Shown here: positions 25,051 through 33,812 of the stretch, in pieces
How positions within the stretch are numbered: position 1 is the first letter of the stretch
Layout: the number at the start of each line of letters is the position of its first letter
Origin: a virus
Strand: one strand, 5' to 3'
Length of the DNA stretch: 64,000 nucleotides
Virus record (IMG/VR): IMGVR_UViG_3300027901_000001
Notes under the pieces: model-generated
What the model was told of the DNA's origin: nothing
Seen by the model: the letters and a program-made list of their open reading frames with translations, nothing else
Databases searched by the model: none
Made by a program: the position numbers and the translations under genes

Positions 25051-27087
25051 TCAAGTTATGCACCCGAAGTAACGACTCACCACTCTCGGACAAGGGGGCG
25101 CAGCACCCACTTCTTCCCCCTTATCCTGGGAATAAAAGTAGTCCGACACCCTAGCAGCGTAATCGATAATCCTGTTTTTGTGCCTCTCCAGAGCCCGAAC
25201 CTGCTCCCGAGTATAGGGCTTGTACTGATCGTGGGACCAATCGGCCGCCATATCCTGGCGGCGCGTGCGGATTTGGAGTTCCTTCACCTCACCGTCCTTG
25301 TCCACGATGTCCAGGTGGATGCTCCGATACTTCACCGCGCCCTGGGGATTACGCACCTTGTCATCAATGTTCTTGATCCTTATACCGTATCGCGCCCCCT
25401 TCCCTTTGATACTCTCAATAATATCATACACTTCTCCGATGGAACCGGCGATGATCCTGGTTCCGGTCACATCTCCCAGGGCACTCGCTGCCTTGTATTT
25501 GACGTTCTTTGCATCTGGCGGGGCGATCTTACCCAACATGCTATCGAGGTCCTTCAGCCGACCCGTTACCTTGTACCGGGGACCCGCCAGTCTTCCCAGG
25601 TCCCTCATAAATCCCTGCTGCCGCTTGGCGTGCTTGGCCCTCATCTCCTTCGCAGCCCGGATATGGTCACCAACGCCCAACGGCGCAATCAATCCCTGCT
25701 GCACATACCGCGCCATCCTCCGAATGGTACTAGCCAGCTCCTTCCTCTTCTTTGCCTGGGCCTCAGCATCTTCCACAACATCTTGAGCAAAGGTTCCCTT
25801 CACCTTCCGCCATTTACTCGGATCGGCGATTTTAACATGCACCCCCGTCTTGCGTTTACGCCGGGTGCCAATATCGTACTTGATTTCCTGCAAAATCCTG
25901 TCCAGCGGCGACAGCTCCCGTGACGCTCGAATACCCTTGGCCTCCGGCCATCTGGCCGCCAGCTTGCCCACGGTCACCTGGAGCCGAGCGGCCACATCCG
26001 AATCCAGGCGCTGCCCCAACAATTGCCCCGCGAAGGCCCGAGAAAAGCCCTCCTGCCCCTTTCCATTCCCCCAGGTCTCCCTGTCCCCCTTACCGAACTC
26101 CTGAAGCCACAGGCGTTCTGCGAGCGCCCTGAGCACGTTTTCGATGTTGGCCGAACCGGACCGCTGGGCATCGAAAATGAACAGGTCCGCCGTCGGGTCA
26201 TACTGAACAAAAGCAGTGCCTTTTACCTTGGCCGGATTCAGCTCCACCAGGCCGCCCGCCGCCGTCAACAGCCCCACACCGGTGAGCACCTTCGAGGCCC
26301 CCTCCAGCGCTCGCGTTACGTCCCGGACCTCGGAGCTGGTGTATCCCCACGTGTTCACGACCTCAAATCCAGCAGCCTTGAAAAATGGGTCTGCTTTACC
26401 CAAACCCTTAGCTGCCACCTTCCGAGCATCCCGAAGACCCCCGGCCAGCGCCCGCAACGCGGCCGACGCCTTCCTCGCCCCGGTGGGAGAGGTCCAAACA
26501 TTATGGGCAAGCCGCTTCAAAGTGGACCGGAGCTTACTCACCTCCGGCCGCTCACCCTCCAGGGCATCGGCGACGGGCTCTGCAAGCGCAGCCATCTGTT
26601 TGAGCTTCCAGGAAGCAGCCCCGGTAACCGACACCGCCACGGCCGTCTGCTCGATCTCCTTGGCGATAGCCTTGAGATAGGAGTCAGTCAGCGGGTCACT
26701 GCTGATCTTCGGAACGGCCTCTGTCAGATGCTCTTTCACCGTCACCGATCGTACCACCACCTGCGGGCCGGTCGGAGCATTTGTCGCCCTGGGCGGATCG
26801 TACCTCTTGAGCACCTTCACCGGCCACGCCCACAGCTCCCGGTCCTTTGGCCACCACTGCTGGCGCTGCTCATCGCTGATACGGTGCTCGCCCCGGCGAC
26901 GCTCAAACTGCTTAACGGTGAGCTTTTCCTGCTTGCCCAGCCGGACTGTACCGTACGCCTTCCGGCTACTGAGCAGCACGAACTCCTTGCCCGCGACATC
27001 AAAAGGCTTACTTTTGACGATGAGCTTCTTTTCGCCGTCGCGCACCATCTCCGCCATCGCGGTCGGCGAAAGGATGAGCCCCTCCAC
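25051..27087 (-). CDS. ASCH-like / degenerate zincin / RelA-SpoT synthetase-domain fusion
   Basis: GRLKDLDSMLGK, DVTGTRII, YRSIH and ELQIRT synthetase motifs; N-terminal ASCH pattern. Confidence 0.85.
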   Translation of the reverse strand: MEGLILSPTAMAEMVRDGEKKLIVKSKPFDVAGKEFVLLSSRKAYGTVRLGKQEKLTVKQFERRRGEHRISDEQRQQWWPKDRELWAWPVKVLKRYDPPRATNAPTGPQVVVRSVTVKEHLTEAVPKISSDPLTDSYLKAIAKEIEQTAVAVSVTGAASWKLKQMAALAEPVADALEGERPEVSKLRSTLKRLAHNVWTSPTGARKASAALRALAGGLRDARKVAAKGLGKADPFFKAAGFEVVNTWGYTSSEVRDVTRALEGASKVLTGVGLLTAAGGLVELNPAKVKGTAFVQYDPTADLFIFDAQRSGSANIENVLRALAERLWLQEFGKGDRETWGNGKGQEGFSRAFAGQLLGQRLDSDVAARLQVTVGKLAARWPEAKGIRASRELSPLDRILQEIKYDIGTRRKRKTGVHVKIADPSKWRKVKGTFAQDVVEDAEAQAKKRKELASTIRRMARYVQQGLIAPLGVGDHIRAAKEMRAKHAKRQQGFMRDLGRLAGPRYKVTGRLKDLDSMLGKIAPPDAKNVKYKAASALGDVTGTRIIAGSIGEVYDIIESIKGKGARYGIRIKNIDDKVRNPQGAVKYRSIHLDIVDKDGEVKELQIRTRRQDMAADWSHDQYKPYTREQVRALERHKNRIIDYAARVSDYFYSQDKGEEVGAAPPCPRVVSRYFGCIT

Positions 27088-27090
27088 GCC

Positions 27091-27417
27091 TCACCTCAGA
27101 TTGGCGGCAAGAAAGGCAGCGATATCCCGGCGCGCCCCTTTCGGATCAGTCTCCCCCTTTTTTTCGATGGACTCGATCACCTTCTTCTGCGCATCCGCTG
27201 TGGCCCGCACCTTGGCCTTCTCGATCTCTCCTTCCAGATGCACACGCTCGATCTTGTCCCGCGCCCGCTCTGTAAAGGTCGGCGGCTTCAGCGGTCCCTC
27301 CGTAGGCTCCGGACCCCCTTTCGGCCCCAGCAGCTTCCACAGGATGGTAATGGCGAACCCGACACCGAGCGCGAACGCCCACCACCAGCGCCGAATAAAC
27401 CGCTTGACCTTTTTCAT
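27091..27417 (-). CDS. membrane-anchored protein
   Basis: Basic N-terminus, WWWAFALGVGFAITILW TM helix, coiled coil. Confidence 0.7.
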   Translation of the reverse strand: MKKVKRFIRRWWWAFALGVGFAITILWKLLGPKGGPEPTEGPLKPPTFTERARDKIERVHLEGEIEKAKVRATADAQKKVIESIEKKGETDPKGARRDIAAFLAANLR

Positions 27418-27594
27418 CTAGCCCTCGGTTAGATATTGGCGGCGGTCCGGCGTGGGCATGTCATCGGTCAGCATCTTGCGGCCCTGCTGGTCCTTGATCT
27501 CCGTGTGACCGCAGTTCTGACAAGTGATCTTCACCCTGCCCTCATCCAGGCCCTCGGTGAGGACCTTCTCAGAACCACATCGTGAACACTTCAT
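27418..27594 (-). CDS. 58-aa zinc-ribbon protein
   Basis: Not in ORF track; MKCSRCG...CQNCG...YLTEG; stop abuts the next ATG. Confidence 0.7.
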   Translation of the reverse strand: MKCSRCGSEKVLTEGLDEGRVKITCQNCGHTEIKDQQGRKMLTDDMPTPDRRQYLTEG

Positions 27595-27604
27595 CTCCTT
27601 CTCC

Positions 27605-28186
27605 TTATTTACTGAAAACGCGGTATTTTTTCCAAATGGTCTCCATAAATGAATTCGCCGCTTTGTCGACCGCCCTAAGAAACGCCGCCTTGTCCTTGCG
27701 CTCCATGTGTTCCGACTTCACGGCCTGGTCCAAATCGTCAATGAATTTCCGTATCAACCTCGATGACGCATCGTAGAACGGCGGCCTTTCCTCCTTCAAT
27801 TCTTGCTCCTCCTGTACCGGCGGCGTGTACCCGTGGTCCTTCTTGCCGGTCTGGGGCTTCGTGGTGTCCCTCTGGCCAGGCAGTCGACTGCCTGCCTCCT
27901 TGGCCAACCGCACCAGGTCGGCGTCGGGCACCTCGGTAATCGCACTAGCCACGGCCCGGCCGCGAGCATCGAAATAGACAATCCCCTGAGAACCGTTGGC
28001 CATCCTGAACCGATGCCGGTCCGGAATGCACTTCCGGAGCACGAAGCTCTCCAGCTTCCGGCGCTGCTCGGGATCGGACAACAGCGGCCATCCGCTCACG
28101 TTGTAATCGGGGTCGAACTCGGGGTGATCGACCTCGCCATCCAGCTTCTGCTGCTCGGTAAGATGGGAAAAAATATGCTCCAGCAT
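27605..28186 (-). CDS. hypothetical protein
   Basis: ORF track; start overlaps the upstream stop. Confidence 0.7.
   Translation of the reverse strand: MLEHIFSHLTEQQKLDGEVDHPEFDPDYNVSGWPLLSDPEQRRKLESFVLRKCIPDRHRFRMANGSQGIVYFDARGRAVASAITEVPDADLVRLAKEAGSRLPGQRDTTKPQTGKKDHGYTPPVQEEQELKEERPPFYDASSRLIRKFIDDLDQAVKSEHMERKDKAAFLRAVDKAANSFMETIWKKYRVFSK
27877..27894. repeat. dispersed palindrome copy 4
   Basis: CA-GGCAGTCGACTGCC-TG, perfect 18 bp; in the AGSRLP codons. Confidence 0.95.
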
Positions 28187-29217
28187 CAGGACCTCTCTTT
28201 CGGCTGCTGTACCACTTTACCACCGCCGATCCGCTCCCGGCCACCTTTCCCACGCTTGCGGCTCCGGATGACTGGACCGTCCACGTAGTTCTCGAACCGA
28301 GCCGGATCCGCCGGAGGCACGAACTGGGAAGCCGACGGGCTCGTACCGACGCCATGCGCAGAGCCGACAGGTACTCCCGTGTACGCCAAGCCAGGAGGAT
28401 AAGCGGGCGGCGTCTTGGGCGGCAAGACAATCTCGAATAGCGAATTAAACCGGCCACGCTCGCTGGCTTCCGACTTTCTGGCACCGTGTGGCATCGGAAT
28501 ACGGCCCTTGCAGAACTGGGCCAGAACAGCGTTGAGATTCCGCGTGGTGTGATCCGCCTCGAAAGACGACTTGGACCAGCCCACCTCCTCAGCGGCCTTA
28601 GCAACCCGCCGGAGCTTCGTGACCCACTGCAACCAAGCACGCCGCGCCCCGATCTCTCGCCGTTGAGGCTCAGGAACCCCCACCGCCCTTTCCAGCAGGT
28701 CATCCAACCGGAGGCAGCCACCTAGACATTCGGGCTCCGCAGCTTCATGGGTCTCCCAGGGAGGCTCACACTCTCCCTTCTTCATAATGGGCTTGCCATG
28801 CACCCCGCCACGCTGTTTCCCGTCAAACAGAATGTAGCACTCTTTCCCCGCTGGCTTCAGCTTCGCCATCCTAGCGCGAGCAGCCTTCTCATCGTCAAAT
28901 CCTTCCCCCAAAGGAATATCCTTCCCGGCCCAGGTCGTTCGGTGAATGATCTGGTATCGCTTCACCCCGGTTTTCACTCCGGGCGGCCGAAGGTACACCC
29001 GTCTCTCGCCCAACTCTGTCTCCTCAGCTTTCTTCTTGCCTGCCGCTATCACCTGCTGGGGCGTCATGCGCTCCTTGGATGTCACCCCGCACGCCCGCTT
29101 GAGCGTGCTCATGGCTATGGCGAAATGCTGGGTTCCCTTGGCCGTCTTGCCCCGGTAATACTCCCGCCGGATGTTCGCCTCAAAAGCATCCATCGAGCAT
29201 CTGCGGTCCAGCGGCAT
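28186..29217 (-). CDS. basic hypothetical protein
   Basis: ORF track. Confidence 0.7.
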   Translation of the reverse strand: MPLDRRCSMDAFEANIRREYYRGKTAKGTQHFAIAMSTLKRACGVTSKERMTPQQVIAAGKKKAEETELGERRVYLRPPGVKTGVKRYQIIHRTTWAGKDIPLGEGFDDEKAARARMAKLKPAGKECYILFDGKQRGGVHGKPIMKKGECEPPWETHEAAEPECLGGCLRLDDLLERAVGVPEPQRREIGARRAWLQWVTKLRRVAKAAEEVGWSKSSFEADHTTRNLNAVLAQFCKGRIPMPHGARKSEASERGRFNSLFEIVLPPKTPPAYPPGLAYTGVPVGSAHGVGTSPSASQFVPPADPARFENYVDGPVIRSRKRGKGGRERIGGGKVVQQPKERS

Positions 29218-29220
29218 AGC

Positions 29221-29472
29221 CTATCCTTGCTCTCGACGACCCTCAGCAACCAGGAAGAGGTAGTCGACTGCCTCTTTGCAGCCGTGCTCTTCGAGATATC
29301 CCCTTAAGGCTTTGTCCAGAATCCGGCCAGGGGTCAAGTTTTCGGCCTTGGCCTGGAGAAGTAGGGTCTCCCACATGGCCCGTGTGATCACCAGGACCAT
29401 CGCATCCCCGGCGTGCCTGATTATCTCCGATACGGCCTCATCTTCCTGGGAAAGCGCAATCGCTTTTGCCAT
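29221..29472 (-). CDS. small protein, possibly ribbon-helix-helix
   Basis: LVITRAMWETLLLQAKAENLTPGRILDKALRGYL. Confidence 0.55.
   Translation of the reverse strand: MAKAIALSQEDEAVSEIIRHAGDAMVLVITRAMWETLLLQAKAENLTPGRILDKALRGYLEEHGCKEAVDYLFLVAEGRREQG
29257..29274. repeat. dispersed palindrome copy 5 (one mismatch)
   Basis: GA-GGTAGTCGACTGCC-TC; in the EAVDYL codons. Confidence 0.85.
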
Positions 29473-29474
29473 AC

Positions 29475-30317
29475 CTACAGCCCAAGCGGTCCAGCTATGG
29501 CACCGCCGATATCCTCCAGGATGCCGCCGTCCTCAGAATCCCCAGAAACCGCCAATGGATTCACAACTTCGCCCGCCAGCGTCATATCCGCACGATTGTG
29601 AAAGGCCACTTTACCCTCACTCTGCACCGTCTCAGCAAATTCCAGGGATATCTCCACGATACGCGGCCGACCGCTGGGGAACCACGCCTCGTAGGTGACA
29701 TCGCAGGTGGTCATCACACACACGATGTCGTGCTCGTCGATCTTGTGCCCCAGGTTCGTGCCGGGCAGCACCAGGATGCACTTCGGAGGCTCGAACACCC
29801 GCAGATCGTCCTGGATGTAGTACGGGTAGGTGAAATATCGCAGCCAATGAATCGCCGCCTCGATAGGCACATTCCTCATCGGATCCGCTTCCGGACCGCC
29901 CAGGCCAACAAAGCTGGCTGCCGATTCGACCGCGCTCACCACGGCTCCAATAGCCCCACCGATGCCCCCGGCCTTCTCCCTCGGGGGAGGCTCATGGTCG
30001 CGAGTAAAAACGGCCGTAAAGCTCAGCCGCCGCTCGCCGCCGTGGGTCCACTGATAGATGGGATGCGAGCCACCGGGAATGTTGCGGGGATTCCATTCCG
30101 ACGGGCGGCTATCGGTCAAGGACTCCGGCCAGTACTGAAACGCTATTCCGGCATCCTTGGCAGGCTCGGCCCCGACCGACAAACCGCTACCCTGTCCTAC
30201 CCACGGAGGCACCTCATCCTCAGCCAGATCAATGGCTTTCAGATAAGCCTGAGCCAGCTTCGGGTGATGCGTGCTCCCCGTAAGCTGAGTAATTATTCCT
30301 GTAGGCAGCGCGGGCAT
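29475..30317 (-). CDS. CIS-tube-like / tail tube initiator protein
   Basis: FQYWPESLTDSRPSEWNPRNIPGGSHPIYQWTHGGERRLSFTAVF. Confidence 0.75.
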   Translation of the reverse strand: MPALPTGIITQLTGSTHHPKLAQAYLKAIDLAEDEVPPWVGQGSGLSVGAEPAKDAGIAFQYWPESLTDSRPSEWNPRNIPGGSHPIYQWTHGGERRLSFTAVFTRDHEPPPREKAGGIGGAIGAVVSAVESAASFVGLGGPEADPMRNVPIEAAIHWLRYFTYPYYIQDDLRVFEPPKCILVLPGTNLGHKIDEHDIVCVMTTCDVTYEAWFPSGRPRIVEISLEFAETVQSEGKVAFHNRADMTLAGEVVNPLAVSGDSEDGGILEDIGGAIAGPLGL

Positions 30318-30335
30318 ACTTCCATTCCTGCTTTA

Positions 30336-30548
30336 CTACGGCGGATCCTCTAGTGCCACGGTGAGATCGACAGGCGTTGGTATAATAACTTTTCCCACAA
30401 TCTTCCCGACCTGTTTATCGGTAGAAAGATTAAAACCGATAACCTTACCGGCGGTGATATCGGTCGCCAGATTACCAACCCATGCCCCTAACACCGCAGC
30501 ATCGGCAAAGGAAACCTCTATGTCTTCTATTTTTGTAGGCGGTGCCAT
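30336..30548 (-). CDS. small tail-associated protein, paralogue of 38977..39195
   Basis: VSxADAAxLxxWxxNLATD...GKVI...DLTVAxED shared. Confidence 0.75.
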   Translation of the reverse strand: MAPPTKIEDIEVSFADAAVLGAWVGNLATDITAGKVIGFNLSTDKQVGKIVGKVIIPTPVDLTVALEDPP

Positions 30549-30565
30549 TTTACCTCTCCTTCAAA

Positions 30566-33079
30566 TTAATCCAACGGCCCATTGAAAGCGGTAAGCGTTT
30601 GAATCCCGAAAACAACAAACTGAAAATAAATTACTTCTGTAGTCAAATCCTTATTACCGGTACTCCAATGATAACACGAGATGCGAAAGGTGTCGGTATC
30701 GTAAGCGTATCCTGAAAAATAATATCCCGGACTATCAGACGTAATTATGATGATCATGTCATCTTCGTCTGTAAAACTCTGTCTCAAATTGATATCTAGA
30801 TCGGGAGATTGTTTGACGGGATCCCCGTTAATATTGAAACCCTCTATCAAAGAAGGAGAAGCCCCGCTGTAACACTTTCCCCATGCCTTTGGAGCGTTTT
30901 TCGCTTTCAAAACGTTCCTCGGCACCGTGATATTTTTAGCAGGATTCTGGTCCGCACTAATTCCTCGGAAATCAACACCTGAACTCAACACTATCGCTTG
31001 CCCGTCAGCTCCTCCAGTTGGATTATCAAAAAGGCCACCTCCTTTGTCGCCTCTACCATATACGCCGTATCCCTGATCGGAACCCGGACCATCAAGACCA
31101 ACAACCCCGACGTTTCTATAGGAAGGCGATTCGGGACCACGTTCACCAGCCTGACCAAATACCCCAATACCACCCTCCCCCGCTCCATTTTCGGCATCAC
31201 CACCAAAGGCTTTTAATGCGGTATGCCCATCACCGTCGCTTAGTGCATCTCCCCCATAAATAATAACAGCGGGATCAAGGTAATACCCTGAATCCGTATT
31301 TTCACCATAAAATACTCCGGCAAGGCCATCGGTTCCTGCCACACACGCTACACCAGCACCTTGCGCCGAATCCAATTTTAGTGCCCCTAGTGCCTCTTCG
31401 GACGCGCCCTTGCCCCAAAACACACCGCCAACATCCTTAACCGTGGGTATATCACCACCATACTCACCCTTACCGAATACCCCCGCAGAGGCTTCGCCGC
31501 TGCCTTCTGCCATCCCATACATTCCAAACGCGGCATATCCTTCATCTGGATCAAGCGCTGCGGACAGCACTCCCATAACATGCTCACCTACCCCCGTTCC
31601 GTCTGCCACAGCATATATACCCCCTAACTTGCCCTCCGCCGCTATAGCAGGAGCGGTAAGGGACGGGGTTTCGCTGTAAATACCAGGGGCATCGGCAGCC
31701 ACGGCATGAATAGCAACATTGTCTTCCGATTCTACGAATATCCCTCTCCCCGATCCGGTCGCTACAATAGTTAGGGCATCAGTATCCGCTGGAGGCGTGA
31801 TGTCCATCGCCCCTTTGAAAAATGTATTAGCTTCAATGGTCCAATCAAACAGATCCACGTCATTGACAGGATCAGCCGTGATCTTTGCAGATATGGCACT
31901 GCCATCCGCCGGGCTGGTGTTAATTAATCTGATGGTCGAATCGGCCCATGTCGCCTCATCGTCCGGTAAGATAGCAGGGAAAAGCGCCAGAGCACTTCCT
32001 TCAATCTGACGATTGATTCCCATAATATACCGCTGGCCGTCATCTTCCAGCGCATCCCCGACCTCTTTCCAGATCCGGATATCATCTATATAGAGATACC
32101 CGCTGTTCCCGGCATCCACATGCGATGTGATCTCCCATCCGAACCAACCATCATAGGGCGACTCCACCACTCCCGTTATGTGCACCCAACCAACATCAGG
32201 GCCGCTATTGGTGAATGGTCGATCGACCACCGTAAAAGAAGCGCCGGTTGAAAGACCGTCCCGAAAAGCAAATCTAATTCTTTGCGTCGTGTCGTAAGTC
32301 CAATTGTCAGTTCGGACATAGAATGAATAAAGTATTCGCTGTCCTTCTCGAACCGGATAAAGCACCCCACTGATACCATCTCCTGTATGAGGAGACAGAA
32401 TCGCAATCCCATCGCTACCTCCAAAGCGGAAGGAATGGGTCAGCGACCTCTTAAAATTATCACTGTTCTCAATCGTTACAGAGCCCGTTGTGAGCGCCGC
32501 GAAATATGGAAAGAATCTGTCAGCGGCCTTTCCAGGAACAGGGAGGTCTACGTTGCCACCCTCAACGATCTGCCGCCAATCGCGCATCCCCGTCGACTGG
32601 TCCTGCCAGGCATCCCGCCGCCGATCCAGTGTGATGTTCGCAGCCGGAATAACACCCGACGCCGGAACCTCCACCTTTCCAATAACGACAATTTTTTCAT
32701 CAGCATCTATATCTACTTGCGAATAAGCACGCCATGTGGCCTCGGTATCCGCATCGGTAACATAGGAAACTTCCAGACCGATGTAGACAGTGGTACCCGG
32801 AATGCCGCCCGTGTTAAGGCTGAGAGTAGTAGTACCGACCTCGCGCACGGTCACCTGGCGACCGTCGGCGTTGGCATAGGTATAAACCGAATCACCGGTC
32901 ACCGGATCTGGTGCAATCTCGACAGATAAAACCGCCAATGAGGCGGTCAGATTACCGCCCCTATTGATGCCACGCGGAACCGGCCCGTGGAGCTTTCTAT
33001 TAAGTCCATCGGAAACATAGGGCTCCCGCCACCGAATAGTGGTGGCTCCTTCAGGAAGCGTTGCCAGCGGTATGGACAT
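30566..33079 (-). CDS. tail fibre / receptor-binding protein
   Basis: Follows baseplate genes; lectin-like beta segment, Gly-rich repeats, C-terminal PKAWG module. Confidence 0.7.
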   Translation of the reverse strand: MSIPLATLPEGATTIRWREPYVSDGLNRKLHGPVPRGINRGGNLTASLAVLSVEIAPDPVTGDSVYTYANADGRQVTVREVGTTTLSLNTGGIPGTTVYIGLEVSYVTDADTEATWRAYSQVDIDADEKIVVIGKVEVPASGVIPAANITLDRRRDAWQDQSTGMRDWRQIVEGGNVDLPVPGKAADRFFPYFAALTTGSVTIENSDNFKRSLTHSFRFGGSDGIAILSPHTGDGISGVLYPVREGQRILYSFYVRTDNWTYDTTQRIRFAFRDGLSTGASFTVVDRPFTNSGPDVGWVHITGVVESPYDGWFGWEITSHVDAGNSGYLYIDDIRIWKEVGDALEDDGQRYIMGINRQIEGSALALFPAILPDDEATWADSTIRLINTSPADGSAISAKITADPVNDVDLFDWTIEANTFFKGAMDITPPADTDALTIVATGSGRGIFVESEDNVAIHAVAADAPGIYSETPSLTAPAIAAEGKLGGIYAVADGTGVGEHVMGVLSAALDPDEGYAAFGMYGMAEGSGEASAGVFGKGEYGGDIPTVKDVGGVFWGKGASEEALGALKLDSAQGAGVACVAGTDGLAGVFYGENTDSGYYLDPAVIIYGGDALSDGDGHTALKAFGGDAENGAGEGGIGVFGQAGERGPESPSYRNVGVVGLDGPGSDQGYGVYGRGDKGGGLFDNPTGGADGQAIVLSSGVDFRGISADQNPAKNITVPRNVLKAKNAPKAWGKCYSGASPSLIEGFNINGDPVKQSPDLDINLRQSFTDEDDMIIIITSDSPGYYFSGYAYDTDTFRISCYHWSTGNKDLTTEVIYFQFVVFGIQTLTAFNGPLD

Positions 33080-33088
33080 CCTGGTCTC

Positions 33089-33796
33089 CTAAAAAATCAA
33101 CTCGATAAGATGATTGAATTGTATGCCCGTCTGCTCCTCCATCGGAAATGTCATGTAAGCCAACATGACACCGTTCGCGTCAAATACCCCCAGCTCAAAG
33201 AATCGGGGCGGGTTTCCCTGCTGGTCTGACAGCGCCTCGCTCGCAAGCACTATCGCCAGAATCTCGACGATGGCCGGGACCGCCGACGTATACAGCACAT
33301 CTCCAGCCGTCAAATCCTTCCGAAAAGTAAAAAGCGGTTCGTCTGCCTTCCTGACCGCCCGGCCCAAAGTAGTTGGGCCGACATAGTTCCCTGTAAGGGT
33401 GATGTGGGTATCATCTAGCACGTCAAACACCTCACCCCACCCGTCTATTTCGGAGCCCGGCACCCCGGCAGAGTAGGGATCCGCGCTGGGCGTCGGCCCC
33501 GGCTTGATCCACTGCCCCGGTGCCACATCAGCCAGAAATGAAGTCCCCACGCCGACCACGTTCGGGCTGCCGTTGGTGAAATCCGCAACGCCTCCACCGG
33601 CCAGCTCCTCACCCTCCGATTGAAGATCCAAGAAGGTGGGGTCAGGGGGGATAGGCTCCGGCGGCAAACCAGTATATGCCCCCTCGCCAATCTTGAAGCG
33701 CGTGATATCGGCCTTGGTATCAGCCGTGTCCCGCGCATAGACCCGCGCCAGAACCGCCTCCCAGCCTTCCTGTAATGTACCATCGGGTACCGCCAC
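33089..33796 (-). CDS. baseplate / fibre attachment protein
   Basis: ITRFKIGEG...FFELGVFDANGVMLAY tail-collar-like motifs. Confidence 0.7.
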   Translation of the reverse strand: MAVPDGTLQEGWEAVLARVYARDTADTKADITRFKIGEGAYTGLPPEPIPPDPTFLDLQSEGEELAGGGVADFTNGSPNVVGVGTSFLADVAPGQWIKPGPTPSADPYSAGVPGSEIDGWGEVFDVLDDTHITLTGNYVGPTTLGRAVRKADEPLFTFRKDLTAGDVLYTSAVPAIVEILAIVLASEALSDQQGNPPRFFELGVFDANGVMLAYMTFPMEEQTGIQFNHLIELIF

Positions 33797-33812
33797 TCTC
33801 CTTCTCCTCCTC

